A stretch of 64,000 nucleotides of DNA from an uncultured Planctomycetaceae bacterium (lineage in GTDB: Bacteria > Planctomycetota > Planctomycetia > Isosphaerales > Isosphaeraceae). The stretch covers positions 1,696,001 through 1,760,000 of the forward strand of contig CAWIAD010000001.1 in assembly GCA_963833985.1 (NCBI GenBank). Reading direction: 5' to 3'. Under the pieces are notes generated by a model. That model worked only from the letters and a program-made list of their open reading frames with translations. It was not told the DNA's origin and did no database searches. The position numbers and the translations under genes were made by a program. Positions 54,602 to 64,000 of this stretch are shown in pieces (position 1 is the first letter of the stretch; every line of letters begins with the position of its first letter).

Positions 54602-55836
54602 TGATCCGCCCCCCGGATGCCAGGGCACTCCGTCGTGTCCTGAACAATCTCCCGCTCAATGGCGAGCTGGCCGCCTTGCCCGAACCCTGGAAGGCGATGG
54701 CCGCCCACCTGAACGGCTTGAACAAGAAAAACCGCCCGGCCGCATGGCAAGCGATGCTGGCCGCCAGGCCCGACGAGCGCGAGGAGCTGGTCAAGGCTCT
54801 GGAGGAGATCGACCCGAACGAACCGGCCCCGCAAACCCTGGCCGCCGCGCCGTTCGCGACCCTGGCTGATGTCGCCAAGATCGTGTCGGCGCAACCCTGG
54901 CTGTGGAAGGGATGGCTGGCCCTCGGGGTGCTCAACGCCGTGGCCGCCGATCCGGGAATCGGTAAGACCCGGTTCGCCCTGGATCTGGCCCGCCGGATCT
55001 ACCACGGGGAATCGTGGCCCGATGGGCAACAAGCGACCCTGCCCCGGGGAACGCGGACGCTCTGGGTTCAGGGGGACCGTAACTTCGCTGAGATGCTTCA
55101 GGCCGCCCGCGACTTCGGATTGCCCGATGAGGCCGTGGCCCTGGGATCGTCTCCAGACGATCCGTTCGGCTCGCTCGATCTGGATGACTCCGACACCCTG
55201 GCCGCGATCGGAGACCGCATCCAGGCCGCCGCCGTACCGCTGGCCATAATCGACACCGTAGGGATGACCACAAGCCGCAATCTCTCAAGACCGGACGAAG
55301 CCCGTGAGTTCTTCGCCCCAATCATGGAACTGTGCCAGAAGACCGGGGTGGCCGTCCTGGGTCTGACCCACCTGTCGGCGAACAAGGAAGCCCTCGGACG
55401 GCGGATCGTCGAGAAGGCCCGGGTAGTCATCAAGATGACCCAGCCCGACCCGGAAGGCCAGCCCGACCGCCGCCGCCTCTGGGTGGATAAGACCGCCGTG
55501 GTTAAGCCGCCGGCCCTGGGTATCACGATGGGGACAGCCGGGAACACCTACGACTTTGACCCGCCCAAGGAGCCCGATCCCATGCCCAAGAGACGAGGCC
55601 CCGCGCCCGAGAAGCTGGAAGAGTGCAAGACGTGGCTTGCCACTCAACTGACCCCCAACCCGACCCGGGTTTCGAGAGTTCGGACAGCCGCCAATGAAGC
55701 CGATTTCGCGGCCAGCACTCTTTACGCCGCGCGGGATGCCATGGGAGTCGCTGAGTACGAATTGGATGGTCGGAAATGGTGGAAGCTTCCCGCCGGGAAC
55801 GTGGAGCCCGACCCCGACCCTGACAAGCCATACTGA
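54601..55836 (+). CDS. AAA_25 RepA-like replicative helicase
   Basis: WLWKGWL, ADPGIGKT, AIIDT, LGLTHLS. Confidence 0.8.
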   Translation: MIRPPDARALRRVLNNLPLNGELAALPEPWKAMAAHLNGLNKKNRPAAWQAMLAARPDEREELVKALEEIDPNEPAPQTLAAAPFATLADVAKIVSAQPWLWKGWLALGVLNAVAADPGIGKTRFALDLARRIYHGESWPDGQQATLPRGTRTLWVQGDRNFAEMLQAARDFGLPDEAVALGSSPDDPFGSLDLDDSDTLAAIGDRIQAAAVPLAIIDTVGMTTSRNLSRPDEAREFFAPIMELCQKTGVAVLGLTHLSANKEALGRRIVEKARVVIKMTQPDPEGQPDRRRLWVDKTAVVKPPALGITMGTAGNTYDFDPPKEPDPMPKRRGPAPEKLEECKTWLATQLTPNPTRVSRVRTAANEADFAASTLYAARDAMGVAEYELDGRKWWKLPAGNVEPDPDPDKPY

Positions 55837-55841
55837 CTGCT

Positions 55842-55944
55842 TGTCCGAGTTGTCCGAGATAAACGATCGCCTATCTCAGACAACTCGGACAGCGTTGTCC
55901 GAGTTTCCTACCCCTAAGGAACTCCGAAACTCGGACACCGGACA
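55842..55944. repeat. Iteron-like cluster, putative replication origin
   Basis: TGTCCGAG at 55842, 55851 and 55896; inverted CTCGGACA at 55884 and 55930; lies between helicase and primase. Confidence 0.7.
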
Positions 55945-55976
55945 CCCCCTATCTTGCCCATTGTGGAGCTTCGCCA

Positions 55977-57206
55977 ATGACCGCCTTGGGAGACCGGATC
56001 GACTGGAACTCAATCCGCGACCGGATCGACCTGGCCCGGGTTGCGACCGCCCTACTTGGCCCGCCCCCAGGCCGTCGCGGAGAGGGTGGCCGCCGCCTCT
56101 GGTGGCGATGCCCTTTTCACGACGATGGCAACCCATCGTTCTGCGTGGAGCCCGGCCGCCGCTGGTGGAAGTGTTTCGGCTGCGGGGAGGAAGGCAACGC
56201 GCCAAAGCTGGTGATGAAGTTGAACGGCGCGACCTTTCCCGAGGCCGTTCGCACAGTGACGGAGCTGGCCGGCATCGCGACCCCCTCGGGACGATCCGCC
56301 AGCCCGACCCCGAGGCCCGCGACCGCGCCCGCCGCCAGCAAGACCGAGAAGACCCACGACACCGCGCCCGAGGGACCATCCGGCTTGCCTCTGGCCGATG
56401 CCCTGGCTCTTGTGACCGAGGCCGCCGGCCGCCTCTGGACGCACGAGGGGACCGAGGCACTGGTTTATCTCCACAATCGCGGTCTGACCGATGAGACGAT
56501 CAAGGCCGCGCGCCTCGGATGGACGCCCGGCGTGATGGTTCCGTTTGGGGACGGGGACAAAGCAGTGCGCCGTAGTGGGTGGATTGTCCCGTGGTTTGAC
56601 GGAGACCGCCTTACGAAGATCAACATCCGCCAGCCCGAGGGGACAGAGCCGAAGTACGCCGAAGCGTTCCGCGACCGGCCCGGGATCTTCCCCGACCCCG
56701 CCGTCATCGAGCCCGGCGCGCCGCTGGTCATCGTGGAAGGGGAGTTTGACGCCCTCTTGCTCCGTCAAGAACTCCGCGACCTGGCCGCCGTCGTGACGCT
56801 GGGATCGGCATCGAGCCGCCCCAATCTGGCCGCCCGATCGGAGATGCTGGCCGCGTTCCCTTGGTACATCGCGACCGATGCCGATCAGGCCGGCGACAAG
56901 GCCGCCTCGGGATGGCCCGTCGTGGCCCGCCGCGTTCGACCCCCCGAGCCCTTCAAGGATTGGACCGAGGCCGCCCAAGCCGGCATCAACCTGCGCCTCT
57001 GGTGGGCCGCCCGCCTCGGGAGGGAAACGCTCTGGCGCGAGCTGGCAGCCCTGCGCTGGGGACCGGCCCGGGACGATCCAACCCCCGGCATCATCATCGA
57101 CCGCCCCGACCCCGAGGCGATCCGCGCCGCCCTGGCCGGCGCGGATCCGCTTGACCGCTACGCCCTGGCCGAGCGCCAGGCGATCCAGACGGAGAACCAA
57201 CCATGA
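55977..57206 (+). CDS. DnaG-like primase (CHC2 zinc finger plus TOPRIM)
   Basis: CPFHDDGNPSF, WKCFGCG, IVEGEFDAL, ATDADQAG, KDWTE. Confidence 0.88.
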   Translation: MTALGDRIDWNSIRDRIDLARVATALLGPPPGRRGEGGRRLWWRCPFHDDGNPSFCVEPGRRWWKCFGCGEEGNAPKLVMKLNGATFPEAVRTVTELAGIATPSGRSASPTPRPATAPAASKTEKTHDTAPEGPSGLPLADALALVTEAAGRLWTHEGTEALVYLHNRGLTDETIKAARLGWTPGVMVPFGDGDKAVRRSGWIVPWFDGDRLTKINIRQPEGTEPKYAEAFRDRPGIFPDPAVIEPGAPLVIVEGEFDALLLRQELRDLAAVVTLGSASSRPNLAARSEMLAAFPWYIATDADQAGDKAASGWPVVARRVRPPEPFKDWTEAAQAGINLRLWWAARLGRETLWRELAALRWGPARDDPTPGIIIDRPDPEAIRAALAGADPLDRYALAERQAIQTENQP

Positions 57207-57613
57207 GCGACCCGAACGACCTGAGAGACCGCGCCGAGCGACTGCGCCGGCAATTCCCGCCCCGGCGATCCGCGACCCCGCCACAAGAGAACGGCCGCCG
57301 GCTGGCCACAATCGACCGATCGGAGACCGAGCAAATCCGCGTCAACTGGTCCGAGTTCGAGGGGAAGCCTTTCCTCTCGATCCGCATGTGGAAGCGTGGC
57401 GACGATGGCGGGTGGTGGCCGGACGGGAAGCGTGGAATCTCGATCCGCGTTCGCGAGCTGCCCGAGCTGGTGGACGGCATAGCCGAAGCGCTCGACCTGG
57501 CCGACGCCGAACGGGACCGGCATGTTGCCCCGACGGCCCGCCATCAGGCGCCGCGCCCCGCGGGTAATCCTCCACCTGCGCACCAAGCCGACTTCGACGA
57601 ATTCGATCGATGA
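57203..57613 (+). CDS. PC4/p15-like ssDNA-binding protein
   Basis: IRVNWSEFEGKPFLSIRMW...WWP..RGISIR..EL; acidic tail DFDEF. Confidence 0.75.
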   Translation: MSDPNDLRDRAERLRRQFPPRRSATPPQENGRRLATIDRSETEQIRVNWSEFEGKPFLSIRMWKRGDDGGWWPDGKRGISIRVRELPELVDGIAEALDLADAERDRHVAPTARHQAPRPAGNPPPAHQADFDEFDR

Positions 57614-57634
57614 CCGCCCCGGGGAGCTGCGATC

Positions 57635-57985
57635 ATGCCCACCTATCATCGCCCCTTCCGCGCCAGGCCCACCGTGGTTGACGGAGTGCGCTACGACTCC
57701 CAGGCCGAAGCGAACCGCGCCGCGATCCTGGACCTACTCCAGAGGGGTGGCGAAGTGCGCTGGTGGCTTCGCCAGGTTACGGTTCGCCTCGGTTGCCCCG
57801 AGAACACTTACCGCGTGGATTTCGTGGTGTGCCTGAAGGACGGCCGCGTCCACGGTGAAGACGTGAAGGCGATCGAGACGCGCGAATTCCGCCGCCAGAA
57901 ACAACTGTGGAAGTCATACGGACCATTTCCCCTCCATGTTCTGACCAAGAAGGCCGTGGAGATCATCGAGCCCGACCCGTCATGA
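57635..57985 (+). CDS. DUF1064-like PD-(D/E)xK nuclease
   Basis: VDGVRYDSQAEA, YRVDFVV, EDVK. Confidence 0.75.
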   Translation: MPTYHRPFRARPTVVDGVRYDSQAEANRAAILDLLQRGGEVRWWLRQVTVRLGCPENTYRVDFVVCLKDGRVHGEDVKAIETREFRRQKQLWKSYGPFPLHVLTKKAVEIIEPDPS

Positions 57986-58140
57986 ACCGACCCACCCCGA
58001 CCGGACCACCCTCTGGGTGGTGCCCACGTATTGACCGACCCCGACCCCCGAGGCACCATGAGGGTTGAACGGGGAACGAGCCCGCTAGTAACGAGCCCGC
58101 CCCCTTGATTCGACCCCTGACGTGAACAGGAGACGAACCC

Positions 58141-59604
58141 ATGGCAAGTATCTTCAAGCCCGCCGGCAAATCCAAGTACGTCATCTTCTATCACGACGAA
58201 GACGGCAAGCGCCACAAGAAAACCGGCGCGACGGACAAGCAAGTCACCGAGCGGATTGCCCGCGACATCGAGAACCGCACGGCGCTGCTTCGAGAGGGGA
58301 TCATCGACCCCAAGGCCGAAGCATACCGCGACCATGCCGCGTGCCCCCTGGCCGATCATCTGGCCGCCTGGATCAAGGCATTGGAAGCCAAGGGGACAAC
58401 CGCCAAGCATTGTAAGCTGTTCTCCGATCGAGCCCGCCGTGTCGTGGCGCTGGTCTTGGGAGCTACGCTCTCGGACATCGAGCCCGGCAAGACGACGAAA
58501 GCCAACATCGAGCGAGCGGAAGCCGCTCTGACAAAGTGGGTGAAGTCCGCCAGGCTGAACCACCTGACCGCCGAGCGCGTTCAATGCGCCCTGGCCACGC
58601 TCCGAGCGGAAGGCCGATCGCTTGCAACCTGCAACCATCATCGAGCCGCGGTTCGTGCACTGGCGAAGTGGCTTCACGAAACCCATCGCACCCGGGAGAA
58701 CACCCTGCGCGGAGTGACGGGGTTCAATGCCAAGGAAGACCGCCGCCACGACCGCCGGACATTGGCCCTGGACGAGTTGCAGAAGCTGATCGATGCCGCG
58801 GCGATCGGCCCCGACTTCCAGAGGATGACCGGCCCGGCCCGGGCGCTCTGCTACCGCCTGGCCGTCGCCTCGGGACTTCGCTATGCCGAACTGGCCAGCC
58901 TGACCCCCGAGTCATTCCACTTCGAGAACGGCCCTGGCGTGACTGTGGCCGCCGCCTACGCGAAGAACGGCCAGACCGCCACGCTGCCATTGCCGGATGA
59001 GCTGGCGGAAGAGGTGGCCACGTTCCTTGGCCCTCTGGCCCCGGGCGCTCCGGTCTTCCCTCTGCCCGCTGAAAAGGGAGCAAAGATGCTCCGCGTGGAC
59101 CTGGCCGCCGCCGGCATCCCATACATCGACGCCGCCGGACTGGTGTTCGACTTCCATTCACTCCGTTGCCAGTGCGCCACGCTGGCCGACGCCGCTGGTG
59201 TGTCGCCTCGAGTGGTACAACGGATGATGAGGCATTCGACCCTGGAACTGACCGGCCGCTACACCCGCCCCCGCGCCGTGGACATCGAGCGTGCCGCCTC
59301 GATGCTTCCCAGCTTGAAGCCCGTGGCCCCCGGCCCCGAATTGATGGCCGCGACCGGGACCGATCCGGCCCCCGTTTTCAAGCCAACTGCTACCCGTGGC
59401 GCTACCCTGCCCGAGGGGAGTGATTCTAAACCCATTGCAGAAGCATCCTTGGGGAACGCGGGCAACGGTCTCATAATCCGCAGGTCTGGGGTTCGAGTCC
59501 CCACCCCGGTATTTCCAGAACAAGCCCGAATCAGCCAGGCATGTCCTCCTCGGGCACTCACTTACAGTTCACCCATCAAGAGCCGTCGAATCATGACGAA
59601 CTGA
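58141..59604 (+). CDS. int: Tyrosine integrase; the ORF crosses the att core
   Basis: SGLRYAEL (R), AKN (K), FHSLR (HxxR), MRHS (H), GRYT (Y). Confidence 0.92.
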   Translation: MASIFKPAGKSKYVIFYHDEDGKRHKKTGATDKQVTERIARDIENRTALLREGIIDPKAEAYRDHAACPLADHLAAWIKALEAKGTTAKHCKLFSDRARRVVALVLGATLSDIEPGKTTKANIERAEAALTKWVKSARLNHLTAERVQCALATLRAEGRSLATCNHHRAAVRALAKWLHETHRTRENTLRGVTGFNAKEDRRHDRRTLALDELQKLIDAAAIGPDFQRMTGPARALCYRLAVASGLRYAELASLTPESFHFENGPGVTVAAAYAKNGQTATLPLPDELAEEVATFLGPLAPGAPVFPLPAEKGAKMLRVDLAAAGIPYIDAAGLVFDFHSLRCQCATLADAAGVSPRVVQRMMRHSTLELTGRYTRPRAVDIERAASMLPSLKPVAPGPELMAATGTDPAPVFKPTATRGATLPEGSDSKPIAEASLGNAGNGLIIRRSGVRVPTPVFPEQARISQACPPRALTYSSPIKSRRIMTN

Positions 59605-59820
59605 TCCGGCCCGGTAAGGCCACCTGCTGCTCACCAAACAATTGTGCCCCATACGCACGCGAGCGTCACCGAGTCTTTTCATGTCTGGTTTCGGGTCCGG
59701 AATATCAGGACGCGCCGCGATTGACTCGACATTGCGGGGCGGGCATACGTCATACTGTGGCTGGCCCCAAAGCGCCCCCAGAGACTTATGGCAGACAGTT
59801 CGTTCGGCGGAGGTCTCGAC

Positions 59821-60270
59821 ATGAAGATCCGCAAGCGCATCCTCATCGCTCTTCTGTTGCTGTTCCCGGCCGGGATCGCTTGGGGGTACTTCCGCTTGCC
59901 ATGGGCAGCCGTCCGAAGCCTGTACCGCGATGACGACATCGCGCAGGCAACCGCCGTCTACCTGTCTCCGAACCTGGCTGTCTCCCCGGCTCAACGCCGA
60001 TATCTCCAGCACGCGCTGCCTGTGGGGGTTGTGCCGACCGTACCCCTGGGGGGTACGTTCGATTCGCGAGTGCCGCGCGTCTCGGTATGCGTGACCTGGA
60101 ACTGGGCTGTGCTCGCCCGCGTTGAAAGCGCCGTCTTCACTCAGGACAAGCTTGGTGTCGCGGCCAGGGATAGCGTGTACGTGTGCCTGTTCGGCGCCTG
60201 GCTGCCAATATTGACGTACAGGTATGAAAGGGGGTGGCCGCCGGACGTCGAGGCACTCGCACCGCTTTGA
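59821..60270 (+). CDS. Hypothetical membrane-anchored protein
   Basis: GGAGG RBS; MKIRKRILIALLLLF leader. Confidence 0.55.
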   Translation: MKIRKRILIALLLLFPAGIAWGYFRLPWAAVRSLYRDDDIAQATAVYLSPNLAVSPAQRRYLQHALPVGVVPTVPLGGTFDSRVPRVSVCVTWNWAVLARVESAVFTQDKLGVAARDSVYVCLFGAWLPILTYRYERGWPPDVEALAPL

Positions 60271-60486
60271 GTGACGCGGTCCGATGGCACGGTCCGATGG
60301 GGCCACCCACCCGCCGAGATCTCGAAGAGGTCAGACGGGGCCACCCTCACACCGGGATATCGACGCGTGGGTGGCTCCGATTGTCCCCCATAGCGTCCAA
60401 CTTAAGGATTCCATTCCAGAAGTTCTGGATCCAAAAGGAGTTGGAATAGGCTGGGCCGTTTCTTCCGACGTTTCTTCTGAGCGACG

Positions 60487-61587
60487 CTAGTGTCCTGAGT
60501 TAGAAGTTCGCTCACAAACCCTCGCCACTCGATCTAAGATCATATCAGCATCTGCCGTCCATACGAAAGGCTTGGGATTTACGTTGTGTTTTGCCAGGAA
60601 TTCATGGATCGCCTGTTCCAACGCCGCCACGCTCCGGAATACTCCACGGCGAATTCGCTTCTCGGTAATCTCCGCGAAGAATCGTTCAACCTGGTTCAGC
60701 CAAGAGCCGCTGGTGGGAGTGAAATGCAGATGATACTCGGGATGGCGAGCGAACCACCGCTTCACGGCTGGAGCTTTGTGTGTGCCGTAGTTGTCCATGA
60801 CGAGGTGAATCTCGACGCCTGGTGCTTTGGCGATCTGGCTATCGATCTCGTTGAGGAATTTGAGGAATTCTTGTTGTCGATGGCGACGGTAGCATTTGCC
60901 AATCACACGACCTGTCGCGACGTCCAAGGCGGCGAACAGCGAAGTCGTCCCATTGCGTACATAATCCGGAGTTCGCCTCTCCGCCTGGCCAGGCCCCATG
61001 GGAAGCAACGGCTGGGTACGGTCCAACGCTTGCACCTGGCTCTTCTCGTCGATGCTCAAGACGATAGCGCGCTCCGGCGGGCTCATATACAACCCGACGA
61101 TGTCGCGGACCTTCTCGATGAAAAAGGGGTCCGTGGAAAGCTTGAACGTCTCGCTGCGGTGAGGCTTCAACTCGAACGCTCGCCAGATACGCGAGATCGC
61201 TGTCTGAGACAAGCCGACGGCTTCCGCCATGCCCCGAGTGCTCCAATGCGTGGCGGCCTTGGGTTTCTCCTCCAGAGTCTTGGTCACAACGGCCTCGACC
61301 ATTGCGTCCGTGATTTTGCAGGGCGCCCCCGGCCTTGGCTCGTCGGACAGGCCGTCGAGACGATCGAGGAGGAAACGTTTCCGCCATTTCCCGACCGTCA
61401 CGACATTCACCCGGAGCTGTGCGGCGACTTCCTGATTATCGAAACCTTGAGCGCAAGCCAAGATGATCCGCGAACGGAGGGCGAGACGCTGGCTGGTCTT
61501 GGGCCGGCGCGACCACGCTTCGAGTTTCTGGCGCTCGACATCATTCAAAGTGAGAGTAGCCTTGGGGCGACCACCTTTATTCATCAT
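60487..61587 (-). CDS. IS630 transposase
   Basis: [36 protein letters not shown]. Confidence 0.93.
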   Translation of the reverse strand: MMNKGGRPKATLTLNDVERQKLEAWSRRPKTSQRLALRSRIILACAQGFDNQEVAAQLRVNVVTVGKWRKRFLLDRLDGLSDEPRPGAPCKITDAMVEAVVTKTLEEKPKAATHWSTRGMAEAVGLSQTAISRIWRAFELKPHRSETFKLSTDPFFIEKVRDIVGLYMSPPERAIVLSIDEKSQVQALDRTQPLLPMGPGQAERRTPDYVRNGTTSLFAALDVATGRVIGKCYRRHRQQEFLKFLNEIDSQIAKAPGVEIHLVMDNYGTHKAPAVKRWFARHPEYHLHFTPTSGSWLNQVERFFAEITEKRIRRGVFRSVAALEQAIHEFLAKHNVNPKPFVWTADADMILDRVARVCERTSNSGH

Positions 61588-61664
61588 AAATCTCCTTTGA
61601 GAGATTATATGACGAATACATGATAAGTCAAGGTTATTTGGTGAATTTGTAACTCAGGACACTA
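60488..61664 (-). mobile_element. IS630-family insertion sequence at a CTAG/TA target
   Basis: IR CTAGTGTCCTGAGTTA(G/C)AA(G/A)TTC at both ends. Confidence 0.9.
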
Positions 61665-63203
61665 GCGATCGTCGTGGCCATGTCTCTCAAGGTGCGTATG
61701 AGCTCGTCGATGTTATCCAACGCTCGGGTCAGGGATTCCATCCAGTTCCGGATGACGCGGGCCGCTTTCCAGTGGCTGCGGCGGGGATCGGCCGCGTTCG
61801 CGGTCAGGAGCAGCCAATGCTGAAGCACCACGCCGATCAGTTTCGCCCAGAACAACGCCAGGCGTTCCATGCTGGTCCAGTGTGCACGCGACTCGGCGAG
61901 GTGGTTGTGAGATTTCCAAAGTTTGAACAGCAGTTCGATTTGCCAGCGCGTCCGATACAGGACCACGACCTCTTTCCACGTCAGAAGTGCGGCCAGGCAG
62001 TTGGTCAGGAAAATCGTCCAGTCGCACAAGTCCAGATGTTCTTGCGTGGGCACGCGGCCGTGTTTTTGAGCCTTTTCGTAGGCCGCTTGCCGACGTCGGT
62101 TCGCCACCTCCGGAGGCACTCGCAAGGCGATCAACCGACATCCCAGACGCTCCGCCGCGCCCACCGCGATCGACACGTCGACCGGCATGCCGGCGGGTTG
62201 CCGTCGGAGAAACGCCAGCATCTCCCATCGCCGCCCCTCCGCGTCGAAAACGGCCGTGCCGTGTTGCCAACGCGAAATCCAATAAGCTCCTTGCGCACCG
62301 ATGGATCGGAACCGCTCCAGGCAAAAGTATCCCAGGTCGCGGAGCGTCAGCGATCCGGAGGCCACTGGTGCGTCCACGTCCACGCTCGTGGCGTCGCTGT
62401 GACGACCGGGATGGACCTCCAACTTCTCCAACTGACCGCGGCGCAGTTCCCACGCCACCTGAATTTTCACCGCTGCCTTACCACTGCCCGTTTTGCCACC
62501 GCAGCCGGGAAATTCCGCCTCGAATTCGTCGGGCAAGGTCACCGTGGTGCTGTCGGCGATCACGACGGCGGTGAACTTGTCCAGCAGCGCCACGCCGGCC
62601 GCCGACGCCTCCACGACGGACTCCAACACGTGTTCCAAACCCGCGCGAAGTGCGCGACGAGCTTCTCCGAGAACCGCTTTTCGATCGCCTCGGCAGTCAC
62701 GTTCACACCCAGCAGTGCCGCCGTCGCGACGAAGTCGTTGGTATGGGGGCGAGGCGTCTTCATCACAGTCAGAACCATGGTCTTGAGCAGCGACGCGCCC
62801 GAGAATTTTCGTTGCCGCCGGATCACGCCCGTCGCACGACCGATCTCGTCGAGTTTCGAACCCAAGCTCGATTGCAACAACACGGCCACCTTGTTTATGA
62901 TCCCCAACGGAAGCTCCTTCTTCCAGGACGCGCTTGCTCGATACAACGCGAACTGGATTAAGGACTTCCTTTCTTTTTTCCTAGGCCAAATTCCTTAAGT
63001 TGGACGCTATGGGGTGGCTCCGATTGTCCCCCCCCCCACGATTGTCCCACCCCTGGAAGGATCGCGAATGTCGATACCGAAGCTCCGGCGATTCTGGCGT
63101 GCAAGAGTCAGCGCCTGCGCCGGTTGGCTCAATGTTGACCCTGGGGCAGAATTGTGGCTCGCGGTTGATGGCATTTCCGGATCGCTGGCATTGAGGTAGA
63201 GCG

Positions 63204-63871
63204 GTGCGCAGCTCCGAATCGACCTGCTGGACAATGATCCGCGACGCGGCGGCTGGCGACCCGGCCGGACGCGAGGAATTCGCGCAGCGATACCTCGGCG
63301 TTATTCGTGCCTATCTCGCCGCCCGATGGCGCGGCGCGGCCCTGCGCGAGGACATCGACGACGCCACGCAGGCAGTGTTCGTCGAGTGTTTCCGTCAGTG
63401 AGGCGTGCTGGACATCGCGGGCACGGGGCGAGTCCCCGGCTTTCGCGCTTTCCTGTACGGGGTCATCCGCAACGTCGCCCGCCGCTTCGAGAGCCGGCCG
63501 GTCCGCGGCGCCGACCCGTTGCCGGAAATCGCGGCGGATGACGCCAGCCAATCCCGCCTCTTCGACCGAACCTGGGCGCAGGCGATCATGGTCGAGGCCG
63601 CACAGTTACAGTACAGCGCGACAGGGCTGCGGAGCGCGGCGCCGCGGCCATGCAACGCGTCGAACTCCTGCGACCGCGATTCGAGGAAAACCTCCCGATC
63701 AGGCAGATCGCCCTCCGCTGGGCCACCGATCCGGCTCTCGTTCACAAGTCTTATGCTCTTGCCAGAAAAGAATTTCGATCGGCCCTCCGGGAGGTCGTCG
63801 CGTTCCACCATCCGGGCAGTGCGGTCGAGCTGGAAGAGGAAGCGGCAAGTCTCTTGAAGGCGCTTTCCTGA
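63204..63871 (+). pseudogene. ECF sigma factor pseudogene (in-frame TGA 63399; frameshift near 63640)
   Basis: TCWTMIRDAAAGD, DIDDATQAVF, FRAFLYGV, FDRTWA, region-4 ORF 63650..63871. Confidence 0.75.
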
Positions 63872-63930
63872 GAATCTTTCCTGTCTCCCGGATTGTTCCA
63901 TGAAACGAGGCCAAGAATCCTTGCGAACTC

Positions 63931-64000
63931 GTGGGGTGGGTCAGCGCAGCGCAACCCACCGCAAGGGCTGGCGATCTGGTGGGTTGCGCTGCGCTGCCCC
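63931..64000. repeat. REP/REPIN-like inverted repeat
   Basis: CAGCGCAGCGCAACCCACC (63942-63960) and its perfect complement (63978-63996). Confidence 0.7.

Larger units (their letters stand above)
44980..59511. mobile_element. tRNA-integrated, capsid-less satellite/PICI-like element (~14.5 kb)
   Basis: Perfect 46-bp direct repeat of the tRNA 3' part at 44980-45025 and 59466-59511; encodes integrase, Xis/AlpA, helicase, primase, PC4-like SSB and a TerS-like gene. Confidence 0.9.
60402..62907 (-). pseudogene. IS4-family transposase (frameshift near 62640; split by IS630)
   Basis: IADST, LRDLGYF, YRTRWQIELLFKLWKS; tail AQKKRRKKRPSLFQLL..EWNP* lies beyond the IS630. Confidence 0.85.
60389..63011 (-). 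mobile_element. IS4-family element with nested IS630
   Basis: 20-bp IR CATAGCGTCCAACTTAAGGA; flanking direct repeat GGGTGGCTCCGATTGTCCCC at 60369-60388 and 63012-63031. Confidence 0.88.

Noticed and set aside
45026..59465. Complete prophage or ICE
   Set aside because: No capsid, portal, large terminase, tail, lysis, relaxase or T4SS genes recognised
59466..59511. Second tRNA gene
   Set aside because: Only the 3' 46 nt are present, with no D arm or 5' acceptor strand; it is the att duplication

Overview
High-GC planctomycete-like chromosome segment (inferred from an LEPR-xLL-type adhesin leader, a DUF1559 gene and ECF sigma clusters; probably Isosphaeraceae), with many single-base frameshifts that suggest an unpolished long-read assembly. 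1-21.0 kb is ordinary: DUF2721, GNAT, DUF1080, Gfo/Idh/MocA, M16 peptidase, an ~8.5 kb YDG/MBG adhesin, alpha/beta hydrolase, GT2 and larC. 21.6-38.5 kb is a decaying type I RM island (hsdR-hsdS...hsdM) built as a tandem array of three [hsdS 3' end - cargo - hsdM 5' end] cassettes. The cargoes are an OB-fold-like protein plus PIN toxin, a small protein plus dCTP deaminase (split by a TG...CA four-gene transposon), and DUF3800 with a convergent small RNA. An IS1634 also lies in the island. 38.8-44.7 kb holds an ECF sigma/DUF1559 cluster and ettA. 45.0-59.5 kb is a ~14.5 kb capsid-less, satellite-like element integrated in tRNA-Met(CAT). Its integrase reads through the att core, and it carries a gene resembling the Cas8c C-terminus/Cas11c that is cleanly interrupted by a serine-recombinase element. 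60.4-63.0 kb is an IS4-family element with a 20-bp flanking direct repeat and a nested IS630. The window ends with an ECF pseudogene and a REP-like hairpin. All family calls were made by eye from motifs; no database search was run.
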